DNA of 64,000 nt from assembly GCA_951406725.2 (NCBI GenBank), contig OX597816.1:129580001-129644000 (forward strand), in the 5' to 3' direction. This DNA is from Octopus vulgaris. Taxonomy: Eukaryota. Numbering within the stretch: position 1 is the stretch's first letter; every line of letters starts with the position of its first letter. This document shows positions 32,508-46,100 of the stretch, one piece after another. A model generated the notes under the pieces. The model did no database searches. It had not been told where the DNA came from and worked only from the letters and a program-made list of their open reading frames with translations. The position numbers and the translations under genes are program-made.

Positions 32508-32662
32508 GCATTGATGAGCACGTACATTAAATTCAGTTGTTCTGAATTCTCTTCGTAACATTGATGCCGTTTATGAATATGTTAGCGATTTATGTTCACT
32601 CTCTATTCACCTCTCAGTTACTCTGCCCAGATGTAAGGTCTGTGAAAGAGTAGAGAGAGAGT

Positions 32663-32708
<46 letters not shown>

Positions 32709-32796
32709 CTCACAGTACAATTGTTAACTGGTGTGGTAGGTAAGTGGTCTACAAGTTTAGTCGCTACATCACAACATCATTAATGGGATACTTCAG

Positions 32797-33156
32797 GCGG
32801 CGAGCTGGCAGAAACGTTAGCACGTTACGTTGTGAGTTCAAATTTCGCTGAGGTCGACTTTGCCTTTCATCCTTTCGGGGTCGATAAATTAAGTACCAGT
32901 TACGCACTGGGGTCGATGTAATCGACTTAATCCCTTTGTTTGTCCACTCTATGTTTAGCCCCTTGTGGGTAGTAAAGAAATAGGTAATTCGTCTGCCGCT
33001 ACGTTCTGAGTTCAAATTCCGCCGAGGTCAACTTTGCCTTTCATCCTTTCGGGGTCGATTAAATAAGTACCAGTTACGCACTAAGGTCGATATAATCGAC
33101 TTAATCCGTTTGTTTGTCCCCGCTGTGTGTAGCCCCTTGAGGGCAGTAAAGAAATA
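32797..33156 (+). mobile_element. Tandem (dimeric) SINE bounded by a single 11-bp direct repeat
   Basis: Two SINE bodies head-to-tail; GGATACTTCAG at 32786-32796 and 33157-33167. Confidence 0.75.
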
Positions 33157-33781
33157 GGATACTTCAGAGCTCATGAGAAGGGTAGGTACAGAGAGGTCAT
33201 CGTACTCGGGCCGGAGAATTTCCTTGGATCTCTGTAAATGTTTATATGTATGAAAGGCTAGCATTTGCAGAAAGAAAAGGGCGCCCGAGAAAACCTTTGT
33301 AACCAATGTTAAAAAAAAAAAAGAAGAATCCTTTCAGAGACCTTGGATACAAACTTAGTAACTCTCCAGGCAACCACTAGCCCATACGAAATAGCGCTTC
33401 CTCTACGTGGCTGTTGCTATATGACTATTCAATAGCTATATTATAGCAAAAACAAAAGAAAAACTTTGTTGTTTATTAGCTTCTTAACGAAATCTTTTTT
33501 TTTTTTTAATGTGGTAATTTAGTCTTGAAAATTTGTTTCAACTTCTCGCACTCTTTCCTCTGCATCTTTCTCTTGTGTTTCGTTTTTCTTTTCTTTCTGT
33601 GTAATGTGTGTGCGTGCGTGGTGGGGGTGAGTTGCTTTCATTCGTTCCAGCTCAGTGCGTGAAAGCCATGTGCCTGCTTGTCAACTAACGGTCTGGATGA
33701 TTCAAGTAGTGGATGCCTCACACATCAGGCTGAAACCATCAGATATTGATTGTACTCTTCGAGTGCTTTGGCCACACAACC

Positions 33782-33868
33782 ATGATTCGACTGAAACCCT
33801 TGAACAAGTTATTAACTTGGAGCTTTATACGGGATGGGACCAACAAGCGAAGGTTTTACACTAAACAG
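33782..33868 (+). CDS. THNSL1: Predicted first coding exon of the THNSL1-like gene (mitochondrial presequence-like MIRLKPLNKLLTWSFIRDGTNKRRFYTKQ)
   Basis: ACC-ATG context; 29 codons ending CAG|GT in phase 0, matching the phase-0 acceptor at 53840. Peptide is basic with a single acidic residue. Possible upstream acceptor TTCCAG at 33650. Confidence 0.55.
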
Positions 33869-36800
33869 GTACTCTAACGTTATTTTGTTAAATTGGTTCT
33901 AAATGATCTTCTATTTAAGACAGACGATAATTTTATCTATTTATTTTAATTGCGGTTGATTTGCCTTCATTAATTGGTTTGTTTTTATTTAGATTCATTA
34001 ATTATGTGGTTTCTATATAATGTTTTAGATAAACACAAGGTTTTAATTGCCTTTTCAACTTTACGCATTTCTATTTCCTCAAACGACAGACAGTTGAATA
34101 TTTGCCTTTTCATCTAACTTTTGTTATTTTATCATTTCATTCTCTACAACTAGGAAATACAACTATTTAACTTTTTAAATTTTGTATTCCAACAACACCA
34201 GTTTTTCGTTTTTACTAGTTAAAAAAACTTCAAGCTCTTATCCAAATAACTTACAAATTAAGGCTGATCCAATACACGTAAGCAACAACAAAAATGCATT
34301 AAAAACATTGTGTGCCCCATATTGTTGTTTTGTTGTTGCCTTTCAGCCCTGAAGTCAACCGTGACTGAACAGACATTAAAATCATCGAAGTGATACTCCT
34401 GTCATTTTCAAGACAATAAGATATGATTTGAGGGATATTTTGTAACTATTTCTAGCAGATCGAGCGATCGCGTAGATGTTCCGTTGTTTAGTCCTAGGTT
34501 AACATTGATCAAGCGAACCTATAACCAAAGGTACTCTAACAATGGCCCTCCCCTATTTTTTTCAAGCATTGTGTATCCCAGTCAGTATTATCCAACTTGT
34601 CCTTTTTGATAGTGTGTGATTTAGGGATATTTGGCTGCTATTTTTAGCAAGTCAAGCGTACGCATACAGGCTCTCGTTAGTTAGTGTGGATTTTCTGGAA
34701 CCTTCAATTCTATTTTTAAAAGCCTGCGATGCACTATTGCTAAACCACTGTTCTGCCGTTTTAAATATAGGGCACACTGGAAAATCTTTCCCAAGGGATA
34801 TTATGCCAGAAAAAAAACCCCTGATGGTCATAGCATAGGCTCGAGCTGGTGTTATACAACAGCAATAACAAACAACAGCACCATAGAATTAGTCCATAGT
34901 GCATCGTTTCCCTAACTGGATTCCGCAGAACCTTAGTTTCGCGGAAGTTCGCTAGGGGGTTCAATGAGTGGTCACTAGAGTTCTGCGAAAAATAACGATA
35001 AATTGGTTTCGTTTATTTATTTGCTGAGTTTGTGAGAAAAGGAAGTGTCAGGTTAATTATATGTAAATGTGTGCTTTTTGTCAATCTTTATTTATATCCA
35101 ACTTGACGTGGATGTTTTGTTAAACTAGATTGTAAATTGCTTCTTGGTATTAATACTGCTTCCGTCGCAAATAATTATTTTGTGTGTGTGATTTAAGCGC
35201 AACTTAGCTGTTGTTTTTAGCGCATTTCGCGACCACCTGATGCCTTCCTCGTTTTTTTTGTCACTCTGACATGTATTGATGCTTCTCGATATTTTTCTCC
35301 CCATAAACATATTAAATGGAATGATGTACCCAGGGGTGGTCCATAACTAGGATTGAAGCACAAAAAAAAAATAAAAAATTCGGACTGTCCCTATTTTAAA
35401 CTGATTAAAATAAAAAAAGAAATCGCAAAAGAGTGGAACTTTTAGGATTTATGGGAAGAGAATCAACAATTTAGAACAAAATAATTTTTTTCATAATCGT
35501 ATGAATTCGCGTCTATTGAACTCAAATTCGCAAAAAATTTCTGAAAATACCAAAAGATAAAAAAAAAGGGCGTTTAAACCTGAATTTCGCCCGTTTTTTT
35601 TTTGTTAGTAATTTTTGTGTTCAATTTTCAATTCATAATTTCATTATATAAATACAAAATATTCCTAAAAGTATAGAAATCTTGGCATTCATAGATAGTA
35701 TTAAGAGGAACATGACTTCTTAATAAGGAATTCGAGGGGAATTTGGTGAAGATGAAATTTTTCAAAATTTTAGCAGTTTCTAAAAGTCTTATGATTTACT
35801 AAATTTTTTTTAATGAAATTGAACTTTATAAAGGAGACTAATAAAGATACATAATGACTATGTAAGCTTCCCTGAGATATCTTTTACTTGTTTCAGTTAT
35901 GAGACTGTGGCCATGCTGGGACATTACCTTGAAGAATTTTTAGTTGAATTAATCGACCACAGTACTTTGCCAAACCACTAAGTTATAGGGATGTAAACAC
36001 ACTAACACCAGTTGTCAAGCAATGAAGAGGGACAAATACAGACACACAGATCATCATCATCATTTAACGTCCATTGCCCATGCTGGCATGGGTTAGACAG
36101 TTTGACCAGGACAGGTAATCTGAGGAGCTGCACCAAACTCCAGTCTGATTTGGCATGATTTCTACAGCTAGATGCCCTTCCTAATGCCAACCACTCCAAG
36201 AGTGTAATGGGTGCTTTTATGTGCCACTGGTCTGGGTGCCAGTTGTATGACACCAGTATCTTCCACAACTATGATTTCACTTGGCTTCATGGGTCTTCTT
36301 CTCAAACACAACATGTTGCCAAAGGTCTCAATCATTTGTCATTGCTCCTGTGTGGCCCAACACTCAAAAGGTGCTTTTTACATGTCAGCAAGATAAGTGC
36401 CAGTTACATGACACTGGCATTAGCTACATTGTGTCTCTGTGAGGCCCATTGCTTGAAAAGTGCTTTTCATGTGCCACTGGCATGGGTGCCAGTTATGTGA
36501 CACCAGCATCAGCCATAGCTATGATTTCACTTGGCTTGATGGGTCTTTTCAAGCACAGCATATCACCAAAGGTCTTGGTCACTTGTCATCACCTCCATGA
36601 GGCCCAGCGTTTGAAGATCATGGCTTTGCTACCTCATCTTGTGTCTTCCTGGGTCTACCGCTTCCACAGGTTCCCTTCACTGTTAGAGATCAGCACTTCT
36701 TTATACAGCTGTCCTTGTCATAAAAACATACATATGTGATGGGCTTCTTTCAGATTCCATCTACTAGATCAACTCATAAGGCTTTGGTCAACTCAATGCT

Positions 36801-38744
36801 ATATTAGAAGACATTTGCTCTAGGTGCCATGCAGTGGGACTGAACCTCAAGCCACGTGGTTTAGAAGCAAGCTTCTCACCACACAGCCATGCCTGCAAAA
36901 AGGTTGAAAAATGCTGTAGTATCAGTCGAATCTTGTGAGGGAACCTCTGCTTGCTCTATCAATGTTTACTCATTTATTTGTTTCAGTCATTGGACTGCAG
37001 TCATACTGGAGCATCACCTTGAAGGTTTTAATTGACCTATTCTATTGGTGTCCTTTTGCCAAACCACTAGAATGTGGAGATATAGACAAACCAATACCTG
37101 TTATCAAGCAGTGTGGAGAGAAACAAAGACCTGCATGTATGCATACATACATGTGCACACGTGCACATACACATATTTATATATCTTTTATGATGGTCTT
37201 CTACACAGTTTTCACCTACAAAATTCACTTGCAAGTCATGGGTCAGTCTGGGGCCTTAATAAAAGACATTTGGCCAAGGTGCTGTGCAGTGGGACTGAAC
37301 CTGAAACCACATGGTAGCAGCAGACAAATCTCCCTTAAATTGCTCTTTACAAACTTTTCAAGAAGAACACATCAGATAATAGAGTTCTGGAAAGGCAATG
37401 TTTAAGAAAATGACAGGATGGTCTTGTTGTGAATGCCTTTGACCATACAGTTTGCTCAGTCAGAACTAACCTGGGGTTAAATAACTGCTCCCTACCATTG
37501 TCATGAAAGTGAATCATCATCATCATCCTATTTCTATTTTTTTTCCATGTTAAAATGGGATGGACAGGATATTTTGAACCAGTATTTTTCTGCCGACTAC
37601 TTTCACTGATACCAATGCTTTTAATCACTCCTTATAACGTGTAGCTACAGGGTGTATCTATTCTAAATATCGAAATACATATACTGTATTTGATGACATA
37701 AAAGACACATTGACATATCAAATGCATCTCAATTTCAACAGAACATTTTCAGGAAAGAATTGTTTTTTAGTGCATTAAAGCATGTAATATTAGCCCAACA
37801 TAAGACAGTGGAGCTGTCATAACTGTTAGCATTCTGGGCAAAATGTGCAGCAACAGTTCGTCCATCTTTATGTTGTGAGTTTAAATTCCACTGAGGTTGA
37901 CTTCAATTTTCATCCTTTTGATGTTGATAAAATAAATACCAGTTGGGTACTGGGGTTGATGTAATCAACTTATCTCTCCCCTCGATTTGCTAGCCTTATG
38001 CCAAACTTTGAAACAAATATTAACCCAACTTTGCATATAGGACCTGGGATAATTTTTTTGAGGCATTTCCTTTTTTTGGGAAAAAAATACATCAAATATA
38101 ATATTGTCAAACTAATATTTCAATTGAGTAATGAGGTTGTTAAAATGAATGTATAAAGTATTATCGTCAAGTTAATCAACTGTACCAATTTTTCAACAGC
38201 CATGGCTTTATGCCTGTGCTAGAAATCACTTTTTTCTCGCACAAAGCAACAATAATATTTCCAATTTTTTAATTTAACCTACCACTCATATTTTATTTAA
38301 TATTTTTAGATTTTCTAGTTTTTGTTTCCATTTGTAACTTAGTAAGCATTAGTTTTAAAATGCAATATTATATTACTTAATTAATATGTTTATGAAAACT
38401 AATATTATGTTAGCTGTACTAAATTGATAAAATGCCAGTAAAAGTGAAGTTGAAATTTATACTTTATAAGTATTAAGCAGCAGAGCAATTTCTGAAAAGT
38501 AATTTTTATCGAAGCAGCAACTTGAACATCATACAGAATAGGCATAGGCATGGTTGTCGGTTGTGTATTAAGAAGTTTGCTGCCTAACAACTAAGTTCTA
38601 GGTTTATTCCCACTGTATCGCACCTTAGGCAAGTGACTTATACTAAAGCCACAGACTGACCAAAGCCTTGTAAGTGGAAGTGAATAAGTGGAAACTAAAA
38701 ACTGCTCATTGTGTGTGTGTGTGTGTATATATAGATAGATAGTG

Positions 38745-39079
38745 AAGGCGCATGGCTCAGTGGTTAGAGCGTTGAGCTTACGAAAGTGAGGTTGTGAGCT
38801 CGAATCCCGGACCAGGCTGCGTGTTGTGTTCTTGAGCAAGACACTTTATTTCACATTGCTCCAGTTCACTCAGCTGTAGAAATGAGTTGCAATGTCACAG
38901 GTGCCAAGCTGTATCTGCTGTTGCCTTTCCCTTGGATGACACTGGTGGCGTGGAGAGGGGAGGCCGGTATGCATGGGCAACTGCTGGTCTTCCATAAACA
39001 ACCTTGCCCGGACTTGTGCCTGGGAGGGTAACTTTCTAGGTGCAATCCCATGGTCAGTGTCGTGACCGAAGGGGTCTCA
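38745..39079 (+). mobile_element. tRNA-derived CORE-type SINE
   Basis: GGCGCATGGCTCAGTGGTTAGAGCG...GAGCTCGAATCCCG followed by TGTGTTCTTGAGCAAGACACTT; head related to 24897-25217 but with a different tail. Confidence 0.85.
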
Positions 39080-39126
39080 GAATATATATATATATATTTA
39101 AATAAATGTATGTATCTGTGTGTGTG

Positions 39127-39166
<40 letters not shown>

Positions 39167-42100
39167 GTGGTCAAGCATGACCTCAGAGCATTGGGCCTCA
39201 CTGAGGCAATGGCGAAGGACCGAGATCTCTGGAGATATGCTGTGACTACAAAGACCCGGGCTGCTTTCTGCAGCAATTCCACATACCCCCTACCCATTCT
39301 AAGTACCCCGGATCCCCAAAGTACCCTGGATCCCCAAAGTACCCCGATCCCCAAAGTACCCCGGACCTCGTTGCCCCCGTGCCGCTGACACGTTAAAATG
39401 CTCGAACCGATCGTGACGATGCCGGACCCTCCGGCCCCTGTGCAGGTGGCACGTAAAAAGCACCCAATCCACTCACGGAGTGGTTGGCGTTAGGAAGGGC
39501 ATCCAGCCGTAGAAACTCTGCCAGATTCAGACTGGAGCCTGGAGCGGCCCCTGGCTTCCCAGACCCAGTCAAACCGTCCAACCCGTGCTAGCGCGGAAAG
39601 CGGACGTTAAACGATGATGATGATGATGATGATGATGATGATATATATATATAGCTGGTCTTATACCTTCACTCAGGTACCCACAATCCACTTGTCTTTC
39701 CACCTCTCATTACTTTTGCAGCATTCAACAATCTCTTTCCCAACACTAACCTTTTCCCACCCCTTCTTCCTCTGGGTATTGCTCCTCTGAAATCCCTTTC
39801 CTGCAGATGTTATATTGCTACAGTTTATACAGAACCTTAATGGCATTAATTTCTCTATTCTCTGAGAGCTTGCAAGGTCATGAGTTCTTCTCTTTCCTCC
39901 AAACTTAACTAGAGAAAAAATTACATATTCTTTTACTCTTTTCAGTCATTTGACTGTGGCCATGCTGGAGCACCACCTTCAATCAAACAAATTGACTCCT
40001 GGACTTATTCTTTGTAAGCCTAGTACTTATTCTATTGGTCTCTTTTGCCAAACCACTTAGTTACAGGGATGTAAACACTCCAACATCAGTTGTCAGGCAA
40101 TGGTTGGGGGACATAAGCACACAAATACATACACATTCAGTTTCCGTCTACCAAATCCACTGACAAAGCTTTGGTTGGCCTGAGGCTATAGCAGACTATT
40201 TGTGTGTTATCTTTCAGCTTTTGTCAATAGAGAATTCAGATGGTAAAGGTTGACTAAAGCAACTAAACTGCATTGATAAAAATAGCCATCAGTTCATTAT
40301 TGTTACCAGTATATACTCCAATTAAATTGAGTGGATGATTGCCACATTTTGAAAAAAAATATTTTTGTAATTTTTTCAATTTTCTCTTGTTGGACACCAC
40401 TTCAATGAGCTATAATTGCAGCATTGTCACAGCAAGAGAGCAACGGACTTCTATAAAGGCCTGTTGCCAAACTTTGGTGCCTGGAGAAGTGGCATGCTTC
40501 AGAATATTCTAGATAGGTACTAATTTGTATTGCAGGAAGATTTTCGTAAACTGCATTTTTGGAATCTGAGGGTGCAACATTGAATAGTGAGGGGGCAGTG
40601 CAGCCCAGTGTCCCCTCCTTTAACAACTGGCATGCTTCTATTGCACATCTTTTACAAATTGCTCCAAAATTATTTCCCTGTGTTTTTAGCATACTTGCAT
40701 TTTAATAGGATTAATCCAAGAAAATACATTTTTAAAAATAAAAATTGTTTTCTCTCTTCAATGTTAATATCAATATATAAAAGTTGTTTCTGCTATTTGT
40801 TTTCAATTTGCTTGGTCTTAGTATAACCAAAGATGAGGCTAAAATACTAAAGTTTATGAATATTATGTAATTATTTCTGGCAGTTGAATACATTCATTCT
40901 GCAACAAGCAAAAATAAACATGATATTCTTTCAGGGTTCATTTTCATCACATTACTGAGATGTGGTTTCATGACAGGATCAAAGATTGCCAACAGTTTTA
41001 ATAACACCTGCAAAACTTTAAAATTGTTTTCCTCTTTCTGACTTTGGAATTCCTTGTAACTCTGCAATGCAAGGTTTACATGTGCTGAAATACTTACTTA
41101 TGCAATGAAGAACATCTCGCTATTTTTGTTTTTCTGATGCAATTTAAGCTTGATATACTCTATCTGCCTTTCTGATGCTTTCTAAAGAGCAAATCTATTT
41201 TCTTGTTCCAATGGAGACTGATTGGTACTTCATGAAAATAATAAATAATACAATTGAAAATGTGCATTTGATTCCAAAGAAAACACAATCCATGTGTACC
41301 AAACTTCTCTACATTCATTTCCCAATATTTTTTTAAGCCTCATTTTTATAACTCATTAAATTGTCTTGTAAAAGTATGTTTATCATAACTGAACATAAAA
41401 AAAAACAGACTGACATATAAATAAATAGATAGATAGATAAATTTTTCACACCCCATGGCAAGTTTACTGTACATTTTTTATTGATTTTCCTATGTGTGTA
41501 TGTTTGTGTCTCTTTGTCTTGACATTGCATAGTAGTTGTGAATGAGTGTTGCTGTCATACAAGCATTATCATTAATTTCCAATATTTTGCTTAAACATAT
41601 CTGGCCAAGGTGAAATATTACTTTGCTTGGAAACAGGTGAAGATTAGTGACAGGAAAGGCATCTGGCCATAGAATATCTACCTCAATAAACTGTCTGACC
41701 CATATCATGCATGTAAAAGTAAACATTGAAATGCTGATGATGATGATGGTGGTGGTAATTAATGCCCTTTACAATTTGCAAAATATTTCTAACTTTATAT
41801 GCATGTTTCTGTCAGCAGAGCATCTGATAAAATTCAATTTATAAAAATTTTATCAAACTACTATTATGATGCCAAATCATTCACATTCACACTGTTGATA
41901 GACAGTGTTGTTTTTTTCCTCTTTTACGATAATCAAAGTTTTAATATTCAATATCTTCCTCCTTGACACACTGGCAAGTGAGTCCATGCTGATTTCTGAT
42001 AATGTTAAAACTGATAAAAGATGAAGTTAAAAAAAAAATCCCATTATGAAATCATTTAAGTTTTTAGATTTTGCTTTTTGCATTGTTCCCTCTTTTTTCT

Positions 42101-42708
42101 TTTTTTCTTCTTGCATTGTGCTCTACTCAGCTTCTAATTAGGTCACCTAGGAACAGAAGCTATCAACTGCTACAAAAGAGTTTTTCAAGCATTTAAAGGA
42201 ATATATTATTGTTTAATTTTGCTGCTAACTGACTGCTCTTGTGTGTCAGTTATATACAAAGTCTTCTTTCTCCATCCTGTTTGAGATTTCACTACATGCT
42301 CTGTGCACTCGTAGTTTATTAAAATTTTTGTTAGATTTACTTTAAGGCATTACTCAGTCCAAGGTCAAATTTTTTTTAAAAAGAAAACTCACAGTACACA
42401 CACAAATGGTATAATGGAATAAAACATGAGCAGGCAGTCACAAGACATCAAATCAATTTATAACATATATAATATATTGAAGAGAGATGTGTCTGTCTGT
42501 CTGTCTGTCTGTATGTATGTATGTATGTATGTATGTATGTATGTATATAAATATATATATATATGTATGTATATATACCATTTAGCCCAAGGCCAGCTAA
42601 TTTGTAACATATAGATTTATATATATATGCATATATAGATATACATTTATAAATGTACATTTATATATATATATATATGCATACATACATATGTATGCAC
42701 ATATATAT

Positions 42709-42742
<34 letters not shown>

Positions 42743-42848
42743 GTTTGTGTGTGTGGATATATGCATATATATATATACAAGTTTAGGTATTGATGTGTGT
42801 GTATGTGTACATATATATTTATGTTCTTTCACAGTGTTTTTATTTTTG

Positions 42849-42888
<40 letters not shown>

Positions 42889-43036
42889 ATAAATTAGAGA
42901 AGAACCATCATGTAGCAATTCAACAATGATATAATTAAATCATACCATATAAAAAAAATTAAATAAATGATAAAACATTTACCTAGAACTAAATAAAGTA
43001 CAAAATAATAAATAAATAGTATATAATTAGTAAATA

Positions 43037-43117
43037 GACTACATGTGTTTTGTGGCTATATTTTCAAACTGATAACAGTAAAATCAATTCAATTTAAATA
43101 TAGTCACTCATCAGGTC
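43037..43117 (-). ncRNA. Type I hammerhead motif with a G12-to-A core mutation (probably inactive)
   Basis: Minus strand: GAC-CTGATGA-GTGACTATATTT-loop-AAATATAGCCAC-AAAAC-ACAT-GTA-GTC. Confidence 0.7.
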
Positions 43118-46100
43118 CAAGATAAAAACAATAAAATAATTAAATATACGTATTTTATCTTATAAGAAAATATAAATATATATAAATACCTAATTTTTCA
43201 ATTAAAAAATCGAACAAAATTCAATAATATATCTTAAAATAAAAACACGAAATATCTTAACAAATATATTCTGTTAACTAAATCTTTAAACTTAATACAT
43301 ATGACTTATTGTTTATAATAAATTTGTCTCATTAAAAACGTGGTATAAATAAAACTAGAATAAATAGATATAAATATTTATTTTATCTATAAAAATATAT
43401 TTTAGCTTATAGAAGAAAAAAATAACAAACTATAGTATATCATTACTGGAAAATTCAAATACAAGTAATTAAAGCAAAATATTTAAAACAAAATATATAT
43501 ATATATTTAAATAAAATACATAATATACATTATGTGAAGCTAAAATACTATAATTTAATCTATATACATTAAATCATTTATTTATTTATTTATTTAATAA
43601 ACATCTAAGTTAAATCTTATTCTAATTAAGTAGTATATACTAAAAAACCTCATGCTAACTTATATACATAATACTACTACAAACTATGACTACAAGAATT
43701 AAAAATAGAAAAATGGTTCAAATATATACACACAAATTAGTTAAACTTACCATATAATTAATTTATATATAAATTTAATATTATACTCTCTTATAGAATT
43801 AACCAAAATATCAATTAATATTAAAAGTATTTACTTAAATTCAATACTACATAACAAATAAAATTCCTACCCATTAAATAAGATTTTGTCTTACAAAACT
43901 ATTTCACAATGTAAATTATATGTAATACGTTAATTCACAGAATAATAATTAAAATAATAATTAAATAAATATACGTATCGTAACTAATATTTATTAAATA
44001 ACAATATAGAAATTAATATTTTTACAATAATAATCAAACAAAATTCAATTCAATTGAATTGATTGTGTCTCTGAGTTCATTTAGCTCTTACTCTGCTAAT
44101 AGCACTATAATAGCTCTAATCAATAGTCATGTTGAGTGATACATTCTTCACCTGCAAAAGATTTAATATTGGTTTCAAATTTTGGCACAAGGCCAGCAAA
44201 ATTAGGGAGGGATAAGTTGATTACATCAACTCCAGTACTCAGTTGGTACTTATTTTATCGACCCTGAAAGGATGAAAGGTGACCTCAGCAGAATTTGAAC
44301 ACAGAACATTAAGATGGACAAAATGCCACTAAGCAATTTGCCTAGCATGCTAACAATTCTGCCAGCTCACCACCTTAATAATAATAATAATAATAAATAA
44401 TAATAATAATAATAATAATAGGACCAGCAATTTTGGAGGAAGAGGTAACTCCTATACTCAACTGGTACTTATTTTGTCAACTCTGAAAGGATGAAAGACA
44501 AAGTCAACCTTGACAGAATTTGAACTCAGAATGTAAAGATGGACAAAATGCTGCTAAGCGTTTTTTTCAGTGTGTTAACAACTCTGCCAGCTCACTGCCT
44601 TAGCAAAAGATTAACAACTACCTGTCTATAACTTTTCATACTGTGTATGACATCTATTGGGCTTGTGTATTTCAGTGATTTGTAGGTGATCAGATGGCCA
44701 GCAAATCTCCTGTTTTAAAGGGTTTGGTTATTTACATCACAGAACTCTAAGAGCTTCGTTCCTTCTTTCTTTGTACTATAGCCATAGCTTCAATGTATAC
44801 TGGAGCAATCATAATGTTGCATGTCCATTAAAATCTCCAGCTGAAATAATAAGGTAATTGCCATTCGTTATTGAAGTAACCTTCAAAAGAACTTCATAAA
44901 ACGGTCCTTTTGCTCATTGCTCGATCCTAATTGAGGTGTATATGCAGAGATAATTTCATAATTATGATAATATTCATATCAAGGTATAAAGCCAAAGTAC
45001 TATCTAATATAACTGCATAACTGCCAATAACATAACACCCTATCTGCTAAATTGTAAGTACTTAACAACGATAAGTATATAGAGCTAAACCATTATATGA
45101 AAATGGTATTAACAAACCATGTCAATCTTGTATGAAACCAGATACTTGGCATATCCACCCCATCCAAAACTTAATTTAAAAAGAATGCTACATTGCTATC
45201 TCATTACATTTGAAATCTGAAGAAAATTACTTGATTATCCAACAAGCTGCTTGAAATTTCTACTTTTAATGTCAACAGATGAAATAGATTTTTTTGGCTG
45301 GTCAGAAGTGTTTTCATAAAGAGAAACCTTGGCATTTGAACCAGCCATATCCAGCCGAAATATTCCACCTGTTTTATGTTCAAACTGGCCAGATTCAGCC
45401 TCTCACACTTTCCCTACAATGTCATTCTAAAAATAACAAACAAAAAAAATTTTATGAGCTCTCATAAAGCAATGAAAAGTTACGCTCAGTGTGACTGCAT
45501 TATCAGTGACAAATAGAAATGTATGGTTTGATGGGACTTGTAACATAAACAAGGTATATTATATTAGAGTGAAAAAACTATGATACATGGAGTTCTCTAC
45601 TGCACAATAAATCAATGTGTTACATTGTATTAGCTATAGAATTACTAATATTTACATTTAGGTCAATTGATTGAGTGCTATATTGGCTACTAGTTGAAAC
45701 GTCTACATTAAAAGTGATATTGACTACTTTTATCAAAAGTGAGAACAAGGAAATAGAAGGTTAACTCAATTGACACAGCATTCAAATATATTATGTATTT
45801 TGACTATGTTCAGTAACCATCCAGAATCACAGTGCTCCCATAGAACATCCGTGTAGGTATGAGACAAATACATCACTAAGATGATAAAGAGTCTCTCAGA
45901 AATTTTTTTTGTGCTTGATGACCAAGAATACACATCAGGAGAAATTAAACAGCTAAAATTGCATAAAGTTATTAATCATGCATGGCTGTTTTACCATAAA
46001 GTTTCATTGTGACAACAACATTGAAAACAGCAACAGATAGTCTTGATTTAGTGACTGCTGTGTTACCTTTCAGTTTGAAGGATAAATTTCTTGCAATACA

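Noticed and set aside
40400-41250. Coding-like stretch, possibly a decayed DNA-transposon ORF (similar impression at about 44600-46330 and 57300-59500)
   Set aside because: I could not identify diagnostic motifs or termini by eye; needs a translated search against a transposon protein library.
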